From the IMG/VR virus record IMGVR_UViG_3300045950_000056, positions 1 to 53,719 of that record: DNA of 53,719 bases; one strand, 5' to 3'. A program made the position numbers and the translations under genes. Origin of the DNA: a virus (lineage: Duplodnaviria; Caudoviricetes). The notes under the pieces were generated by a model, which saw only the letters and a list, made by a program, of their open reading frames with translations, made no database searches and had not been told where the DNA came from. Each line of letters starts with the position of its first letter. Position 1 is the first letter of the stretch. This document shows, one piece after another, positions 25,201-35,574 of this stretch.

Positions 25201-25466
25201 CTGACATCCTGCTCGCCGTCGCGGTCCTGCTGTCACTCCTGAATGCGGCGGCCGCGCTCATTGTCTATCTTGAATTCACGAATCTCAAACGCCAATGGAC
25301 CGAATTCCGCCACGTCCTGGATCGGGCGGCGGCGGCCCCTCCAGCGGTCCGCGACGATCTCTTGACCCGTGGTCTCTCTCAACTCGCCCAGCCGAGCCCG
25401 CCCACGCCCGAGGACGATCAGCCCGATCCCTCCCACACCCCGACCACATGGCAGGCGTGGGGATGA
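25197..25466 (+). CDS. Small membrane protein
   Basis: N-terminal TM; ATGA coupling. Confidence 0.6.
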   Translation: MTDILLAVAVLLSLLNAAAALIVYLEFTNLKRQWTEFRHVLDRAAAAPPAVRDDLLTRGLSQLAQPSPPTPEDDQPDPSHTPTTWQAWG

Positions 25467-25651
25467 CTGTGGACGCCATCGGCCAGCGGATCGTGCTCTG
25501 GATTGCGGAACGCAGTGATCTGCCTAGTGCCGTGATCGAACGAGTACTCGCCCTGCAAGCGGACTACTGGATCGCGCATCAAGATGAACTGGCCGGGCTA
25601 CTTCAGTGTGAGCGATGTGCTCGGGAGACGGAGGATGGCCCAGACATTTGA
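25463..25651 (+). CDS. Small hypothetical protein
   Basis: ATGA coupling; WIAERSDLPSAVIERVL helix pattern. Confidence 0.5.
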   Translation: MTVDAIGQRIVLWIAERSDLPSAVIERVLALQADYWIAHQDELAGLLQCERCARETEDGPDI

Positions 25652-26738
25652 TCGAGAGATTCGGGCGGCGGCCCGTGAAACCGGAATTCCCGAGGACCTG
25701 ATCCGGTCGGTGATCAAGGTCGAATCGAATTTCAACCCTCGCGCGGTCGGTGCCCAAGGTGAACAGGGCCTCATGCAGCTGGGACCTGATCTCGCCCGGT
25801 CGCTCCCCGATCCCTTCGAGCCTCGCGCGAACATTCGGCGAGGGGCCCAGTTCCTTAAAGAACTGCTCGATCGGTTTGGGGATCAAGAATTGGCGCTGGC
25901 GGCCTACAACGCGGGACCGACGCGCGTGAGTCGACTCGGGCGACGGATATTCTCAGAAATCCCGAGTGTGCGGAGGTATGTGGATCGGGTGCTCGGGCGG
26001 ATGACGGCCATCGCCGAATCGCCTGAGCCGCGCTTGGCTCCGCCGACTCCGGGACGCCCATCGGAACGCCCGACCCGTCCGACGTTGTCCCGAGAACCCA
26101 TCGTCGACCGTCCGCTGATCTCAGCGGGCGAGGCGCCGAGACCCTCACGCCCCCCGTTGCCAGAACCTCCACGGGTCTCCGTGCGGCCTCCCTTGGAGGA
26201 GACGGCCAGTCAGCTCGTGCCTCGACCGATCCCCCCACGGGTGCATCGGGAGGGTCCGCCGAGAGCGGGCCCCCCGCCACCAGCGAGAATTCCTGTCGCG
26301 TCCGTGCTGGCCCATCTTCGCCCCCGGGAAGCGCAGGCGGAGATTCGGCGCCCCGTGCCCGGCCACACCGAATCATTCCCGGTTCCCATCCCGCCCACGT
26401 TCGAGCCCCTCGAACCGGTCGAGATGCCGGCCGGTCCATTCCGACCTCGCGCAGATGTGCCCGAAGGGCCACCCCCGGGAGTGCCCCAACCCGCCGATTT
26501 GGAACGCCTCGGACTCCGGCTGAGTCCGCTAGCGACGATCTCGGACCGTCCAGCTCCGATCGCCGTGGTCATTCCGGTTCCCTCACCCCCGCCACCGACT
26601 CCTCCGCCTCTGGCGGACCTCACCGAGGCGGGACGCGAATGGCACCGGCTCTACGCGATGATGCACCGCCAGATGGTCGATCAGGCGTTCGCCCGCCTCC
26701 GGGAGCGAGAAGCCGAGTCCCTCATCCAGGCGCCCTGA
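25635..26738 (+). CDS. Soluble lytic transglycosylase domain plus long Pro/Arg-rich tail
   Basis: IKVESNFNPRAV, GLMQL, NIRRGAQFL, ALAAYNAGP. Confidence 0.9.
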   Translation: MAQTFDREIRAAARETGIPEDLIRSVIKVESNFNPRAVGAQGEQGLMQLGPDLARSLPDPFEPRANIRRGAQFLKELLDRFGDQELALAAYNAGPTRVSRLGRRIFSEIPSVRRYVDRVLGRMTAIAESPEPRLAPPTPGRPSERPTRPTLSREPIVDRPLISAGEAPRPSRPPLPEPPRVSVRPPLEETASQLVPRPIPPRVHREGPPRAGPPPPARIPVASVLAHLRPREAQAEIRRPVPGHTESFPVPIPPTFEPLEPVEMPAGPFRPRADVPEGPPPGVPQPADLERLGLRLSPLATISDRPAPIAVVIPVPSPPPPTPPPLADLTEAGREWHRLYAMMHRQMVDQAFARLREREAESLIQAP

Positions 26739-28465
26739 TGCCCTGGCCGACGGCATCCCTGAAACACCCGGACCTCGAACGCTATCACTGGATTCGGGAA
26801 TTGCACCGGTGTGAGCGGCGGTTCGACTATCTCTGCGCGTCGTACCTCCACATCAAATCCAAGGACGTGATCGGATTTCCGACGCTCCGGTTCAATCCCG
26901 TGCAGCGAGTGCTCTGGGAGCGGATGCGGGCCCAACTCCGGCGGGAGGGATGGGTGCGGCAAGTATGGGGCAAAGCCCGCGCGGTCGGCGCCTCCACGCT
27001 GGCCGAGGCGTGGACCTTTTATAACACCGCCTATCAGGATAATCGCAGCGCGATCATGCTCGTCCACGACGAGCCCACGTCATTTGAGCGGTTCGACGTG
27101 ATTCATACGTTCCTGGATGCGCTGCCCGATCCGTTGAAACCGCTGTGTTCGTACCGCTCCAAAACGCGCATGATGTTCAAGAACCGGAATTCCAAGATCA
27201 AGACGGGCCATGCGCGGAATCCGAACGTCGGAGCCTCTGAAACCATTCATATCAGTCACGAGACCGAATGGGCGCGATATCCGAACCCGGAGGAGGTGCA
27301 AGCCTCTCTCGCGCCGACCTATTCCGAGGCGAAGGGCGCGCAGTTTTCTTCGGTGATCCGGGAATCGACCTCCGTGTACGGCGGGACGTGGTTCAAGGAG
27401 TTCGCGGAGGCCAGCCGAAAGGGCGAGACCGAGTACGAATTTCATTTCGTCCCGTGGTTTCTCCATCAGAGCTATACCGCGCCTGTGCCCGAGGACTTCG
27501 AGCTGACGGTGGACGAGCAGGAACTGAAACGTCGCTATCAGCTCACCGATGGACAGCTGGCGTGGCGGCGCAAAAAGCAAACCGAATATGTCACCAATCC
27601 GCAGTTGATCGACCAGGAGTATCCCTACAGTTGGGAGGATAGCTGGCGACTCCCGAAAGGGACGCGGCGCCTCCTGGATGAGGCGCTCTTGACGGCCCTG
27701 AAACAGGGGGTCCGCCCGGCGACGCGCATGATGCCGACCTCGACGGGCTTGGAGGCGATGCTGGGAGGACCGGTGGACGTCTGGGCCGAACCGGAGGAGG
27801 GCGTCTTCTATGATTTCGGGCTCGATCCGGCCGAGGGGGCCTCCGACGCCTCGGACTGGACGGTCGGATGCGTGATCCGGCGGGATACGCTCGAACAGGT
27901 CGCGCAGTTTCGCCTCCATCTCAACCCCGCGGCCCCGGAATTCTTCGATCTGGTGTATTGGCTTGGCATGGCCTATCATGGGGCCCAGTTCTGCCCGGAT
28001 ATCACGGCGGGATGGGGCCATGCGGTCATGCGGGAGATGATGCACCGGAACTATCCGACGATCTGGCGCTGGCGGCACTTCGATGACGCGAAAGGCCGCG
28101 CGAGCCAGAAGCTCGGCTTTCTCTTTACGCCGCAGTCCAAGCGGACGCTGGTGACCACGACGGTCGCCGCCCTGACGGCGGGCCATGTTACGATTCACTC
28201 AGAAATTCTGTGGAATGAACTGGTCGAATTCCTGTGTCTCGGCCTCGATCAGTGGGGGGCGGCCCCGGGACACCATGATGACTGCGTGGTCGCCTGGATG
28301 CTGGCGATCCTGGCCGCGCGCGGCGAGCAATCCACCCTGATCCCGGCGGATCCCCCCGTGGTCGCCACAACCATCGGGAAACCCTGGGCGGTCCATGATG
28401 TGGACGCGGATTTGCCCGCAGCGGCCCTGGCGTGGTTAGACACTTCACCGTGGAGGATTCGATGA
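26738..28465 (+). CDS. terL: Terminase large subunit
   Basis: KARAVGAST Walker A, HETE Walker B, EST coupling motif, GLDPAEG and HDDCVVA nuclease motifs. Confidence 0.9.
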   Translation: MPWPTASLKHPDLERYHWIRELHRCERRFDYLCASYLHIKSKDVIGFPTLRFNPVQRVLWERMRAQLRREGWVRQVWGKARAVGASTLAEAWTFYNTAYQDNRSAIMLVHDEPTSFERFDVIHTFLDALPDPLKPLCSYRSKTRMMFKNRNSKIKTGHARNPNVGASETIHISHETEWARYPNPEEVQASLAPTYSEAKGAQFSSVIRESTSVYGGTWFKEFAEASRKGETEYEFHFVPWFLHQSYTAPVPEDFELTVDEQELKRRYQLTDGQLAWRRKKQTEYVTNPQLIDQEYPYSWEDSWRLPKGTRRLLDEALLTALKQGVRPATRMMPTSTGLEAMLGGPVDVWAEPEEGVFYDFGLDPAEGASDASDWTVGCVIRRDTLEQVAQFRLHLNPAAPEFFDLVYWLGMAYHGAQFCPDITAGWGHAVMREMMHRNYPTIWRWRHFDDAKGRASQKLGFLFTPQSKRTLVTTTVAALTAGHVTIHSEILWNELVEFLCLGLDQWGAAPGHHDDCVVAWMLAILAARGEQSTLIPADPPVVATTIGKPWAVHDVDADLPAAALAWLDTSPWRIR

Positions 28466-29034
28466 CGACCCTGGACTCCGATTCGACACGCCCGATCACG
28501 ATTCCTGAGACGCTCCGTCAGAAGGCATCGGCGCTGGCCGAACGGCTCCAACAGCCTCTTGAGCCTCTCTGCGAGGCGGCCCTGCAGGCGGGATTACGGA
28601 TGCTGGACGGCGATCTTGAAATGGCCGCCGAGGTGTTCTTGCACCACATCCATCCCGATCAAGCCGCCTTGATTCGGGAACTCTGCCGGGAATACCAGCA
28701 ACCTGCCGCCGCATTTCTCCTCCAGTACATTCAGTTGGCCCATGACCGCCGGGAAACCTCGAGTTTCATGCCGGAGGGGCAATACCAGCAACTCCGGGAT
28801 TCAATCGCCCCGATGCCAGACGGCGACACGCGTGTCTGTGAATGGTGCGGTCAGCGATTTCCCCTGACTCGGCGGGGACAAAAATATTGTCCCCCGCCCG
28901 CCGAGGGGGAATCCTGCGGACGGAAGGCGTTCCTGGATGATCTGCACCGTCGACGACCCCAAACCCGAGCGGTCGTGAATCCGAATGCGCCAAAAGCGCT
29001 CGATCTCTCGACGATCCAGCGTCACCCTCGGTAA
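28462..29034 (+). CDS. RHH-like plus Zn-ribbon hypothetical protein
   Basis: ITIPETLRQKASALA; CEWCG...KYC...SC. Confidence 0.55.
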   Translation: MTTLDSDSTRPITIPETLRQKASALAERLQQPLEPLCEAALQAGLRMLDGDLEMAAEVFLHHIHPDQAALIRELCREYQQPAAAFLLQYIQLAHDRRETSSFMPEGQYQQLRDSIAPMPDGDTRVCEWCGQRFPLTRRGQKYCPPPAEGESCGRKAFLDDLHRRRPQTRAVVNPNAPKALDLSTIQRHPR

Positions 29035-29038
29035 CTAG

Positions 29039-30760
29039 ATGGCGACCCTGACCCTTCCTGACGTGATCCGATTGGAGGGTCGTCGAAAAACGCCAGAAGA
29101 GGATCAGGCGTTGAAGGTCCTCGATACGCTCTTTGACGAGGCGAAGCGGGCGAAAGATCACTGGGTCAAGCAGGAGGACATTGACCGCGATCTGAAGCTC
29201 TATCGCGGCCAGGTGGGACCTCCGAACCGCGAGCCGCACTTCAAAGCTAACTTTGTTGAAGCGTTCATCGACCGGATGACCGCCCAGTTGACCGATAACC
29301 GCCCGATTATCCGAGTCGAATCCCGAAAAGACGGGCTGAAAGGCGTCGCGGATGTCGCCAACAAGGTCGTGCGGGCCATCTGGGACGACGAAGATGTCCA
29401 GCGGCAGACCTTCAAAATGTGCCATAACGCCGCCGTCACCCGCTCGTCGGGATTTTACACGGGCTATGATCCGCTTCTGGATCAAGTGGTCCTGGAACTC
29501 GTGCCGATCTCCCAGGTGTGGATTGACCCGGCCGTGTCCGAGGCCGCGCGGGTCAGCAAACACGCCGAATACGTCATCATCGAGCGCATCCGGTCCTTGG
29601 AAGAAGTGAAGGCACGATTCGGCCGACGGGCGGACGGGCTCACGGCCGATTCGGACATTGATGTCGTCCCACAGGAGCGCCGGTCGGTGGCCTCTCCGCT
29701 GACCGATATTGTCTTTGGTCGGCGTCTTCGGGGCGGAATGGGCGTGCCACGGATCAAATTGAGGGAACATCTGCTCCGGGATTGGGCCGTCTCGACCGAG
29801 AACGGCTCGGTCCGCCTCAGCAATCCCGGAGGCCGCATCCTGATCCGGTCGAAGGATCGGCTGCTCTACGCGGGACCGAACCCGTACTGGGACAGCGAAT
29901 TCTGTCTGGACTGGTTCGACTGGCGGGTCGATCCGCAGCATCCCTGGGGGGCCTCCGAGCCCGACCGGCTCCGGCACCTCCAAATTTCCTTTAACGAGAT
30001 CATGGACGGACTCGTTGAAAACCAACTCCTGAGTAATTTCCTGGCCTTGGTCGCTGATTTCGACGCCTTCAGCCCGGAGACCTGGACCAAGCTCCAACAG
30101 ATCAGCTCGAGCCTGATTCTCAGGAAGCAAAACCGGAATGCCTCGGCAGTCCTGACGCCGCCGCCGACGTTCGGAGCCGATAAAATCGCCCTCGCGCGAC
30201 AACTCTTCACGTTCGCCCAACTCCTGACGGGCGTGACCGATGTCACGCTCGGCGAAAGTCCGGGATCGCTCCAGTCTGGCGTCGCGCTCGAAGGGCTCCA
30301 GGAGGGGGCGAATCTCATGACGCGCTCGCGGGCCTCTCGGTTGGAGGATTTTTTTGCCCGCATCGGGCAGAAACTCCTCGCCCGGATTTTTCAGTTTATG
30401 ACCTCGGATCGTGTCGTGTCGTTGGTGGGTCCGACCGGGGCCGCTTTGGAATACGCGATCAAACGCCAGGAATTTTTCACCCGCGACGACGGGAACGCCA
30501 TCCCGGAACACGAGCGGCGCCAGGTCTTTCGGGATCTTCGCTTCGTTGTGTCACCGGGCTCCTCGGCCATTGGGAGCCGAGTCCGTCGAGTGGAAGCGAC
30601 CCTGAAGCTCAAGGAAGCGGGCGTCGCCTCAAGCCTGGATGTGCTCCAAGCTGGCGATTTTCCAGAACCGGAGGGCATGATCGAGCGGGCCAAGAAGGAA
30701 TTGATGGAAATGGCCCCCGTCCTCAACCTGTTAGGATCAAGACGTGGCCCTGCCAGTTGA
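29039..30760 (+). CDS. Portal protein (podovirus/P22-like)
   Basis: 573 aa after TerL; YRGQ, LTDNRP, VWIDP, LQISFNE, TGVTDVTLG, SGVAL. Confidence 0.85.
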   Translation: MATLTLPDVIRLEGRRKTPEEDQALKVLDTLFDEAKRAKDHWVKQEDIDRDLKLYRGQVGPPNREPHFKANFVEAFIDRMTAQLTDNRPIIRVESRKDGLKGVADVANKVVRAIWDDEDVQRQTFKMCHNAAVTRSSGFYTGYDPLLDQVVLELVPISQVWIDPAVSEAARVSKHAEYVIIERIRSLEEVKARFGRRADGLTADSDIDVVPQERRSVASPLTDIVFGRRLRGGMGVPRIKLREHLLRDWAVSTENGSVRLSNPGGRILIRSKDRLLYAGPNPYWDSEFCLDWFDWRVDPQHPWGASEPDRLRHLQISFNEIMDGLVENQLLSNFLALVADFDAFSPETWTKLQQISSSLILRKQNRNASAVLTPPPTFGADKIALARQLFTFAQLLTGVTDVTLGESPGSLQSGVALEGLQEGANLMTRSRASRLEDFFARIGQKLLARIFQFMTSDRVVSLVGPTGAALEYAIKRQEFFTRDDGNAIPEHERRQVFRDLRFVVSPGSSAIGSRVRRVEATLKLKEAGVASSLDVLQAGDFPEPEGMIERAKKELMEMAPVLNLLGSRRGPAS

Positions 30761-31214
30761 GGTCGGGATGGCGGTCGGGCGGGATATCGCGGAGATGCCC
30801 CCTACGCTCCGGTTGGCCGTGGCCTTTGGGGCGGGATTGCGGGAACTCTCGCAAATTCTCAATCCCAAACGCTCGCAGATGGCGGTGCCGAGTGCTGCCG
30901 GGGCGACGGGCCCTCTCGACCGGATGCTCATGCTCGCCAAACTGGCGGGCGCTCAACCGCCGCTTGGCCCTCCTGGCATGACTCCCTCGCTCCTCGGGGG
31001 ACCGATGGCGGAGGTGATCCCTGGTGGGCCGACTGGGGGCCCTCCGGGCCTTCCCGGTCTTCCAGGACCCATCAGCCCGGGAGCTGGCGGTAGTCTTGGG
31101 CCTGCGCCGATGGCATCCATGGGTCCTCTGGGGCCAGCTGGACCTCCTCCCATTCCCCCCGCACTGATGATGGCGCTCCAACGGCATCTGGCCTCGGCAG
31201 CGGGGATCGTCTAA
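30744..31214 (+). CDS. Pro/Gly/Met-rich virion-associated protein
   Basis: Low-complexity ORF following portal. Confidence 0.55.
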   Translation: MALPVEVGMAVGRDIAEMPPTLRLAVAFGAGLRELSQILNPKRSQMAVPSAAGATGPLDRMLMLAKLAGAQPPLGPPGMTPSLLGGPMAEVIPGGPTGGPPGLPGLPGPISPGAGGSLGPAPMASMGPLGPAGPPPIPPALMMALQRHLASAAGIV

Positions 31215-31409
31215 ATGGCCCGAAATGGCAGACTCTCACGCGCCTTCCGAGAAGTGTCGGAGCACGAACCCCGGATTGTCCGTCACACGAGACGGGCGTT
31301 TGGTCCCGAGCGGGCGGGCAAGCAACGGACCGCCATCGCGCTTGACAAGGCCCGTCGGGCCGGGGCGCGCATCCCCCGCCGACCGATGCGTCGGGACATT
31401 CGAGCGTAG
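31215..31409 (+). CDS. Small basic head-module protein
   Basis: KQRTAIALDKARRAGARIP motif. Confidence 0.65.
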   Translation: MARNGRLSRAFREVSEHEPRIVRHTRRAFGPERAGKQRTAIALDKARRAGARIPRRPMRRDIRA

Positions 31410-31461
31410 AATAGAGAAGATGACGGGAGGCGAGTTCGACACGACCTGACAGGAGGAGCCG

Positions 31462-31575
31462 ATGGCGAAACATGACGCGCACGTCCCCACGAAACCGATG
31501 CCAAAGACGAAGGTGATTAAGTCGCCGCTGATGGAAACGGTCCGCAGCGGGAACATCTCCACCAAACGCGGCTAG
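31462..31575 (+). CDS. 37-aa basic peptide; absent from the ORF track
   Basis: AGGAGG RBS; MAKHDAHVPTKPMPKTKVIKSPL... Confidence 0.6.
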   Translation: MAKHDAHVPTKPMPKTKVIKSPLMETVRSGNISTKRG

Positions 31576-31673
31576 GACCGGGCCGCAGAACGGCAATCCT
31601 GGGCATCCTGCGATGACATAACCTGAATCGCCCACCGCGAGACCGACGGGTCACGCGGGGCGCACGAAGCCAG

Positions 31674-31721
31674 AGAAAACCCCCGATCCCTTGCAGGGGA
31701 GTGGATCGGGGGTTTTCTTTT
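31674..31721 (+). terminator. Long hairpin with T-tract; possibly bidirectional intrinsic terminator
   Basis: AGAAAACCCCCGATCC / GGATCGGGGGTTTTCT perfect 16-bp stem followed by TTT. Confidence 0.7.
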
Positions 31722-31758
31722 GGGCGGGGCGCAGGTCCGGGGGAATTGCACGGAGCGA

Positions 31759-32580
31759 ATGATGGCAGACGAGAAGACGAAGGACGACAAGCCGAAAAAA
31801 AAGTATCTCGACCGGTTCGACACCGAGGACGAACTCGTCCAGGCATTCTCGGGGCTGGAGAAGAAGCTCGGGGAGCAAGGGAACGAACTCGGCCAAACGC
31901 GAAAACAGGCTGAGGAGGCGCTTGCGGCGATCAAGCAGTATGCCGAGTACGTCGCGCAGGCCAAGCCCATCGTGGACTGGTACGGTGCGAACGAGCAGGA
32001 CATCCGGGCGTGGGTCGCAGGCAAGGGAACAGGTCCGAAAGAACCTCACAAATCCGCGTCGGCTTTGCTGACGCCAGAGGAAGAGGGGGCGCTCCTGACG
32101 AAGGCCGAAGAGCGCCTGACCAAGAAGCTGGCCGACCAGAACGCCCAGTGGCAAGCGATGGCGAAACAGATCATGGATGGCTGGAACAACCAGCTCAAGG
32201 CGCATACGGATGTCTGGTGGCGCACGATGCAGTTCGTCGCCGAGCCAGAGAAGATTGAGCGAGCGAAAGCCTTTCATGAGGAGGCCATCAAGTTTGCCGA
32301 TCCGAAGAACTTCGACGCGATGAAGATCGCGCAGGACTTTCTGGAGTCTCGGGCAAAGCTGGCCGAGCGCGACCAGGATCTGTCGAAGCGGGATGCGAGG
32401 ATCGCTGAACTGGAGAAGGCGGCGGTCCCGTCGTTTGGGTCGCATCCGGCCCCGACGTTGTTCCCCGCCGAGCCCCCGGCTGCGAAGACGAAGGAGGAAC
32501 GGCAAGCCGCGGTTCTGGCGAACGTGCAACAGGAAGTGGGCGCAGACGCCTGGCGGGACTTCTTCCCGTCTCGGAAGTAA
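31759..32580 (+). CDS. Capsid scaffolding protein
   Basis: ELVQAFSGLEKKLGEQGNELGQTRK; charged helical; precedes capsid gene. Confidence 0.8.
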   Translation: MMADEKTKDDKPKKKYLDRFDTEDELVQAFSGLEKKLGEQGNELGQTRKQAEEALAAIKQYAEYVAQAKPIVDWYGANEQDIRAWVAGKGTGPKEPHKSASALLTPEEEGALLTKAEERLTKKLADQNAQWQAMAKQIMDGWNNQLKAHTDVWWRTMQFVAEPEKIERAKAFHEEAIKFADPKNFDAMKIAQDFLESRAKLAERDQDLSKRDARIAELEKAAVPSFGSHPAPTLFPAEPPAAKTKEERQAAVLANVQQEVGADAWRDFFPSRK

Positions 32581-32621
32581 TGGGGATGGCTGCGTCCACG
32601 AGTCGAACAGGAGGATAACCG

Positions 32622-33572
32622 ATGGCGATTCCGACTCGGACGCAGACCCTCAACACATTCGTCGCCGCGACGCAGGAATCCCGGCGACCCGGGCTGATCG
32701 ACAACTTCTTCAAATCCGCACCCACCGTGATTCGGATGCGGTCGAAACACGCCGTCCGATTACGCGGCGGCGAGATCATCAAAGTGCAGCACATCTATCA
32801 GAATTTCGATGCCTCCTCGTATGGTCGGGGCACCGAATTCTCGACCGAGGTCAAAGAGTTCGCCACCTCCATGGTGTTCAACTGGAAGTTTGCCTACGCC
32901 CCCGTGAATCTCGACACCATTGATGTGGATCTGAACGATTCGCCCGAGCAGGTGTTCGACCTGGTGGACGCCGCCCTGGAAGTGGGCGAGCTGTCCCTCA
33001 TTAACGACCTCGGAGAGCAGCTGTTCGGCGACGGAACCGGAAACAGTAGTCTCGACTTCGACGGCCTGGCCAACGCGGTGTCCACCAGCGGAAGTTACGG
33101 CGGGATCACCCGAGGCGCGGATGCCCAAGGTAGCTCGATCAAGGCGGCATTCGAGGATGCCACCGGAGGCACGCTCAGCCTGGCCTTGATGAATTCCAAT
33201 TTCGGGAGCGCGGTCGTCGCCCGGAAAAAGCCCGATCTGATCCCTACCACGCAGACCTTGTGGAACCGGATCTGGGAGCGGTCGCAACCTTCGGAACAGA
33301 ATAATGGCGGAGACGACCTCCGGGAGATCGGACTGGATACCGTGCGATTCAACGGAGCCGACGTGGTGGTGGATTCGCACTGCCCGTCGGGGTTCATGTA
33401 TTTCCTGAACACGGACTACTGGGAATTCTATGTGCACCAGAAATGGGATTTTCGGTTCCGAGGGTTCATGGAACCGACCAACCAGCAGCGGCAGATCGGC
33501 CAGCAGATTGTCTGGGGCAACTTCGTCTGCCGGGGTCCACGGTTCCAAGGCGTGATGAGCGGACTGAGCTAA
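32622..33572 (+). CDS. Major capsid protein (podovirus type)
   Basis: 316 aa; LIDNFF, FNWK, LFGDGTG, FDGL, KPDLI, MYFLNT; AGGAGG RBS. Confidence 0.9.
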   Translation: MAIPTRTQTLNTFVAATQESRRPGLIDNFFKSAPTVIRMRSKHAVRLRGGEIIKVQHIYQNFDASSYGRGTEFSTEVKEFATSMVFNWKFAYAPVNLDTIDVDLNDSPEQVFDLVDAALEVGELSLINDLGEQLFGDGTGNSSLDFDGLANAVSTSGSYGGITRGADAQGSSIKAAFEDATGGTLSLALMNSNFGSAVVARKKPDLIPTTQTLWNRIWERSQPSEQNNGGDDLREIGLDTVRFNGADVVVDSHCPSGFMYFLNTDYWEFYVHQKWDFRFRGFMEPTNQQRQIGQQIVWGNFVCRGPRFQGVMSGLS

Positions 33573-34010
33573 ATGAGTGCGTCCCGGACATGGGCGACGG
33601 AGGCTCGACGGACACTGGCCGTGCCCGTGCCAGTTCGCTCCAAGACGCTGAACGTCGTGCTGACGACGCCGCTCGGGGGCCAGCCCGTGCCAGACTGGGG
33701 CGTCCGCTGCCTCTGTCATGTCGTGGCGAATCACTGCTGGCGGGTGGCGGCCGAGCAGTTCTGCACGGAGATCGTGGTGCATCATCCCTCCCATCGGCAC
33801 CCCTTCGACATGACCGAGCTGCTCGGGTACACCGTGCGGCATCTCGGCTACTGGCCCCAGGTGCAACGGGTCAATGGCCGCGTGATGCCGTTGATGGCGA
33901 CGCGGGGATTTCAGGCGCTCGGGGCGACCCTGGAGCGCCACCGGCCCGTGGTCGCGGTTCCCATCGCCGTTTCCAGCGAGGCTGGCGGCAAGGAGGTTTC
34001 ACATGGCTAG
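33573..34010 (+). CDS. Hypothetical protein
   Basis: Fills the gap between capsid gene and next structural gene, coupled at both ends. Confidence 0.5.
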   Translation: MSASRTWATEARRTLAVPVPVRSKTLNVVLTTPLGGQPVPDWGVRCLCHVVANHCWRVAAEQFCTEIVVHHPSHRHPFDMTELLGYTVRHLGYWPQVQRVNGRVMPLMATRGFQALGATLERHRPVVAVPIAVSSEAGGKEVSHG

Positions 34011-34779
34011 TGACAAGTCGCTCGTCCTGAATGTGGGGCACATCACCGGTCTGTCGATGCACGACATCGACGGCGACGACAAAGAGCCTCGGGCCCGACC
34101 CGGTACGATCGGGGCCTTCGTCGATGCCTATGGGTATCGCGTGGCGAAGTATTGCCGGTTGCACCAGTCTGGGGGCTGTGCGATTGGCGAACTCCAATCG
34201 AGACCGGCGAACGTGTCGGTCACGGACATCACCAGCGGATCGACGACGCACGCCGTCACCACGGACCTGACCGCCGATGTCCATGCGGGCAAACTCCTGT
34301 ACGTTCTTGACAATGACGATTCGGCTGGTGCGGCGCCAGAAGGCGAGACTTCGATCATCCGTAGTAATTCGGCCACTCGCATCGACGTGGAGAAAGACTA
34401 TCCCTTCAGCGTGGCGCTCGCGGCCAACGACGACCTGCGGATTATCTCGAACTGGCAGGTTGAGGACGCCGCGGATGGCGACCCCGCCAACGGAGACGGC
34501 GCGGCGGTCGGGGTGTGCCTCGGGCGAAATGGGGTCAGCGACAAGCAGTACGGGTGGTGGCAGATCGAAGGGTATGTCGTCGCCAAGACCAAGGCGTCCG
34601 CCATTACGGCCTATAATCCGGTCGTGGCCGATGCCGCGCAGATTGGACCCTTCGGGACCGATGGACAGGAGCTCTGGGTGGGCGTGGCCCTCGCGGCCTT
34701 CACGGCGGATCAGACCGCCCAGCGGGTGCCGGTCAATCTGAAGCTCTTCACCTCGGCAGGCACCGGCACCGCGCCGTAA
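34003..34779 (+). CDS. Putative capsid decoration/cement protein
   Basis: Beta-rich, QYGWWQIEG motif, position after capsid gene. Confidence 0.6.
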   Translation: MASDKSLVLNVGHITGLSMHDIDGDDKEPRARPGTIGAFVDAYGYRVAKYCRLHQSGGCAIGELQSRPANVSVTDITSGSTTHAVTTDLTADVHAGKLLYVLDNDDSAGAAPEGETSIIRSNSATRIDVEKDYPFSVALAANDDLRIISNWQVEDAADGDPANGDGAAVGVCLGRNGVSDKQYGWWQIEGYVVAKTKASAITAYNPVVADAAQIGPFGTDGQELWVGVALAAFTADQTAQRVPVNLKLFTSAGTGTAP

Positions 34780-34809
34780 CGGCGTGACGGGCGCGCAGAG
34801 GAGAACACT

Positions 34810-35571
34810 ATGGCGTTGAAAGTCACGCTCGATAAAGACACCTGGCAACCCTACGGGCACGCGGTCGAAGTGACGGGGACCATCGACTTCGACTCGTCCT
34901 ATCCGAAGGGGGGCGAATCCTTCAAACCCGCTGATCTCGGGTTGCGGCAGATCGACAGTATCCTCTTTGATGACCGCAACGGGATCGGCTTCGACTACGA
35001 CTACACCAACAATAAAGTCCGGGCGATTCCGGGGGCCCGGCATACCGTGCTCACGATCAACACCACCGCCGTCGGCAATGTCGGCACTGGCGAAGATGAC
35101 CTCATGACGTTCACGCTCAAGGGCGCCACCCTCGGCACGAACGGCATGGGGGTGCGCGCGACCGGATGGGGCACGGCGGCCAACAACGCCAACGCCAAAA
35201 CCGTCAAGGGAATCTTCGGGACGACTACGCTTCTGACGACGGCCCTCACGGCCTCCCAGGCGGGCGTCTGGCGTGCGGTGATGGAGATCATTCGGACCGG
35301 CGCCGCGACGCAAGAAGTGGGGGCTCACCTCTTGCAGGGAGGGGCCACCACGATTGTTGACGTGGAGCAGTCGGCCCCCGCCGAAACCCTGGCCAACGAT
35401 TTGACCATCAAGTTCACCGGGACCGGGACCGCCGACAATGACATCGTGCAGGAAGGCATGATCGTGGAATGGTTCGTCCCGGAGGGCACGGGCACCGTCG
35501 GGGCCGAAGCGATGGACACGTCCGATCTCTCTGGATTGACGGGGGTGCGGTTCCGAGCGCGAGGGGTCTAG
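34810..35571 (+). CDS. Virion structural protein
   Basis: FDSSYPKGGE...DLGL and DLSGLTGVRFRARG flanking a Thr/Gly-rich insert. Confidence 0.65.
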   Translation: MALKVTLDKDTWQPYGHAVEVTGTIDFDSSYPKGGESFKPADLGLRQIDSILFDDRNGIGFDYDYTNNKVRAIPGARHTVLTINTTAVGNVGTGEDDLMTFTLKGATLGTNGMGVRATGWGTAANNANAKTVKGIFGTTTLLTTALTASQAGVWRAVMEIIRTGAATQEVGAHLLQGGATTIVDVEQSAPAETLANDLTIKFTGTGTADNDIVQEGMIVEWFVPEGTGTVGAEAMDTSDLSGLTGVRFRARGV

Positions 35572-35574
35572 CCG

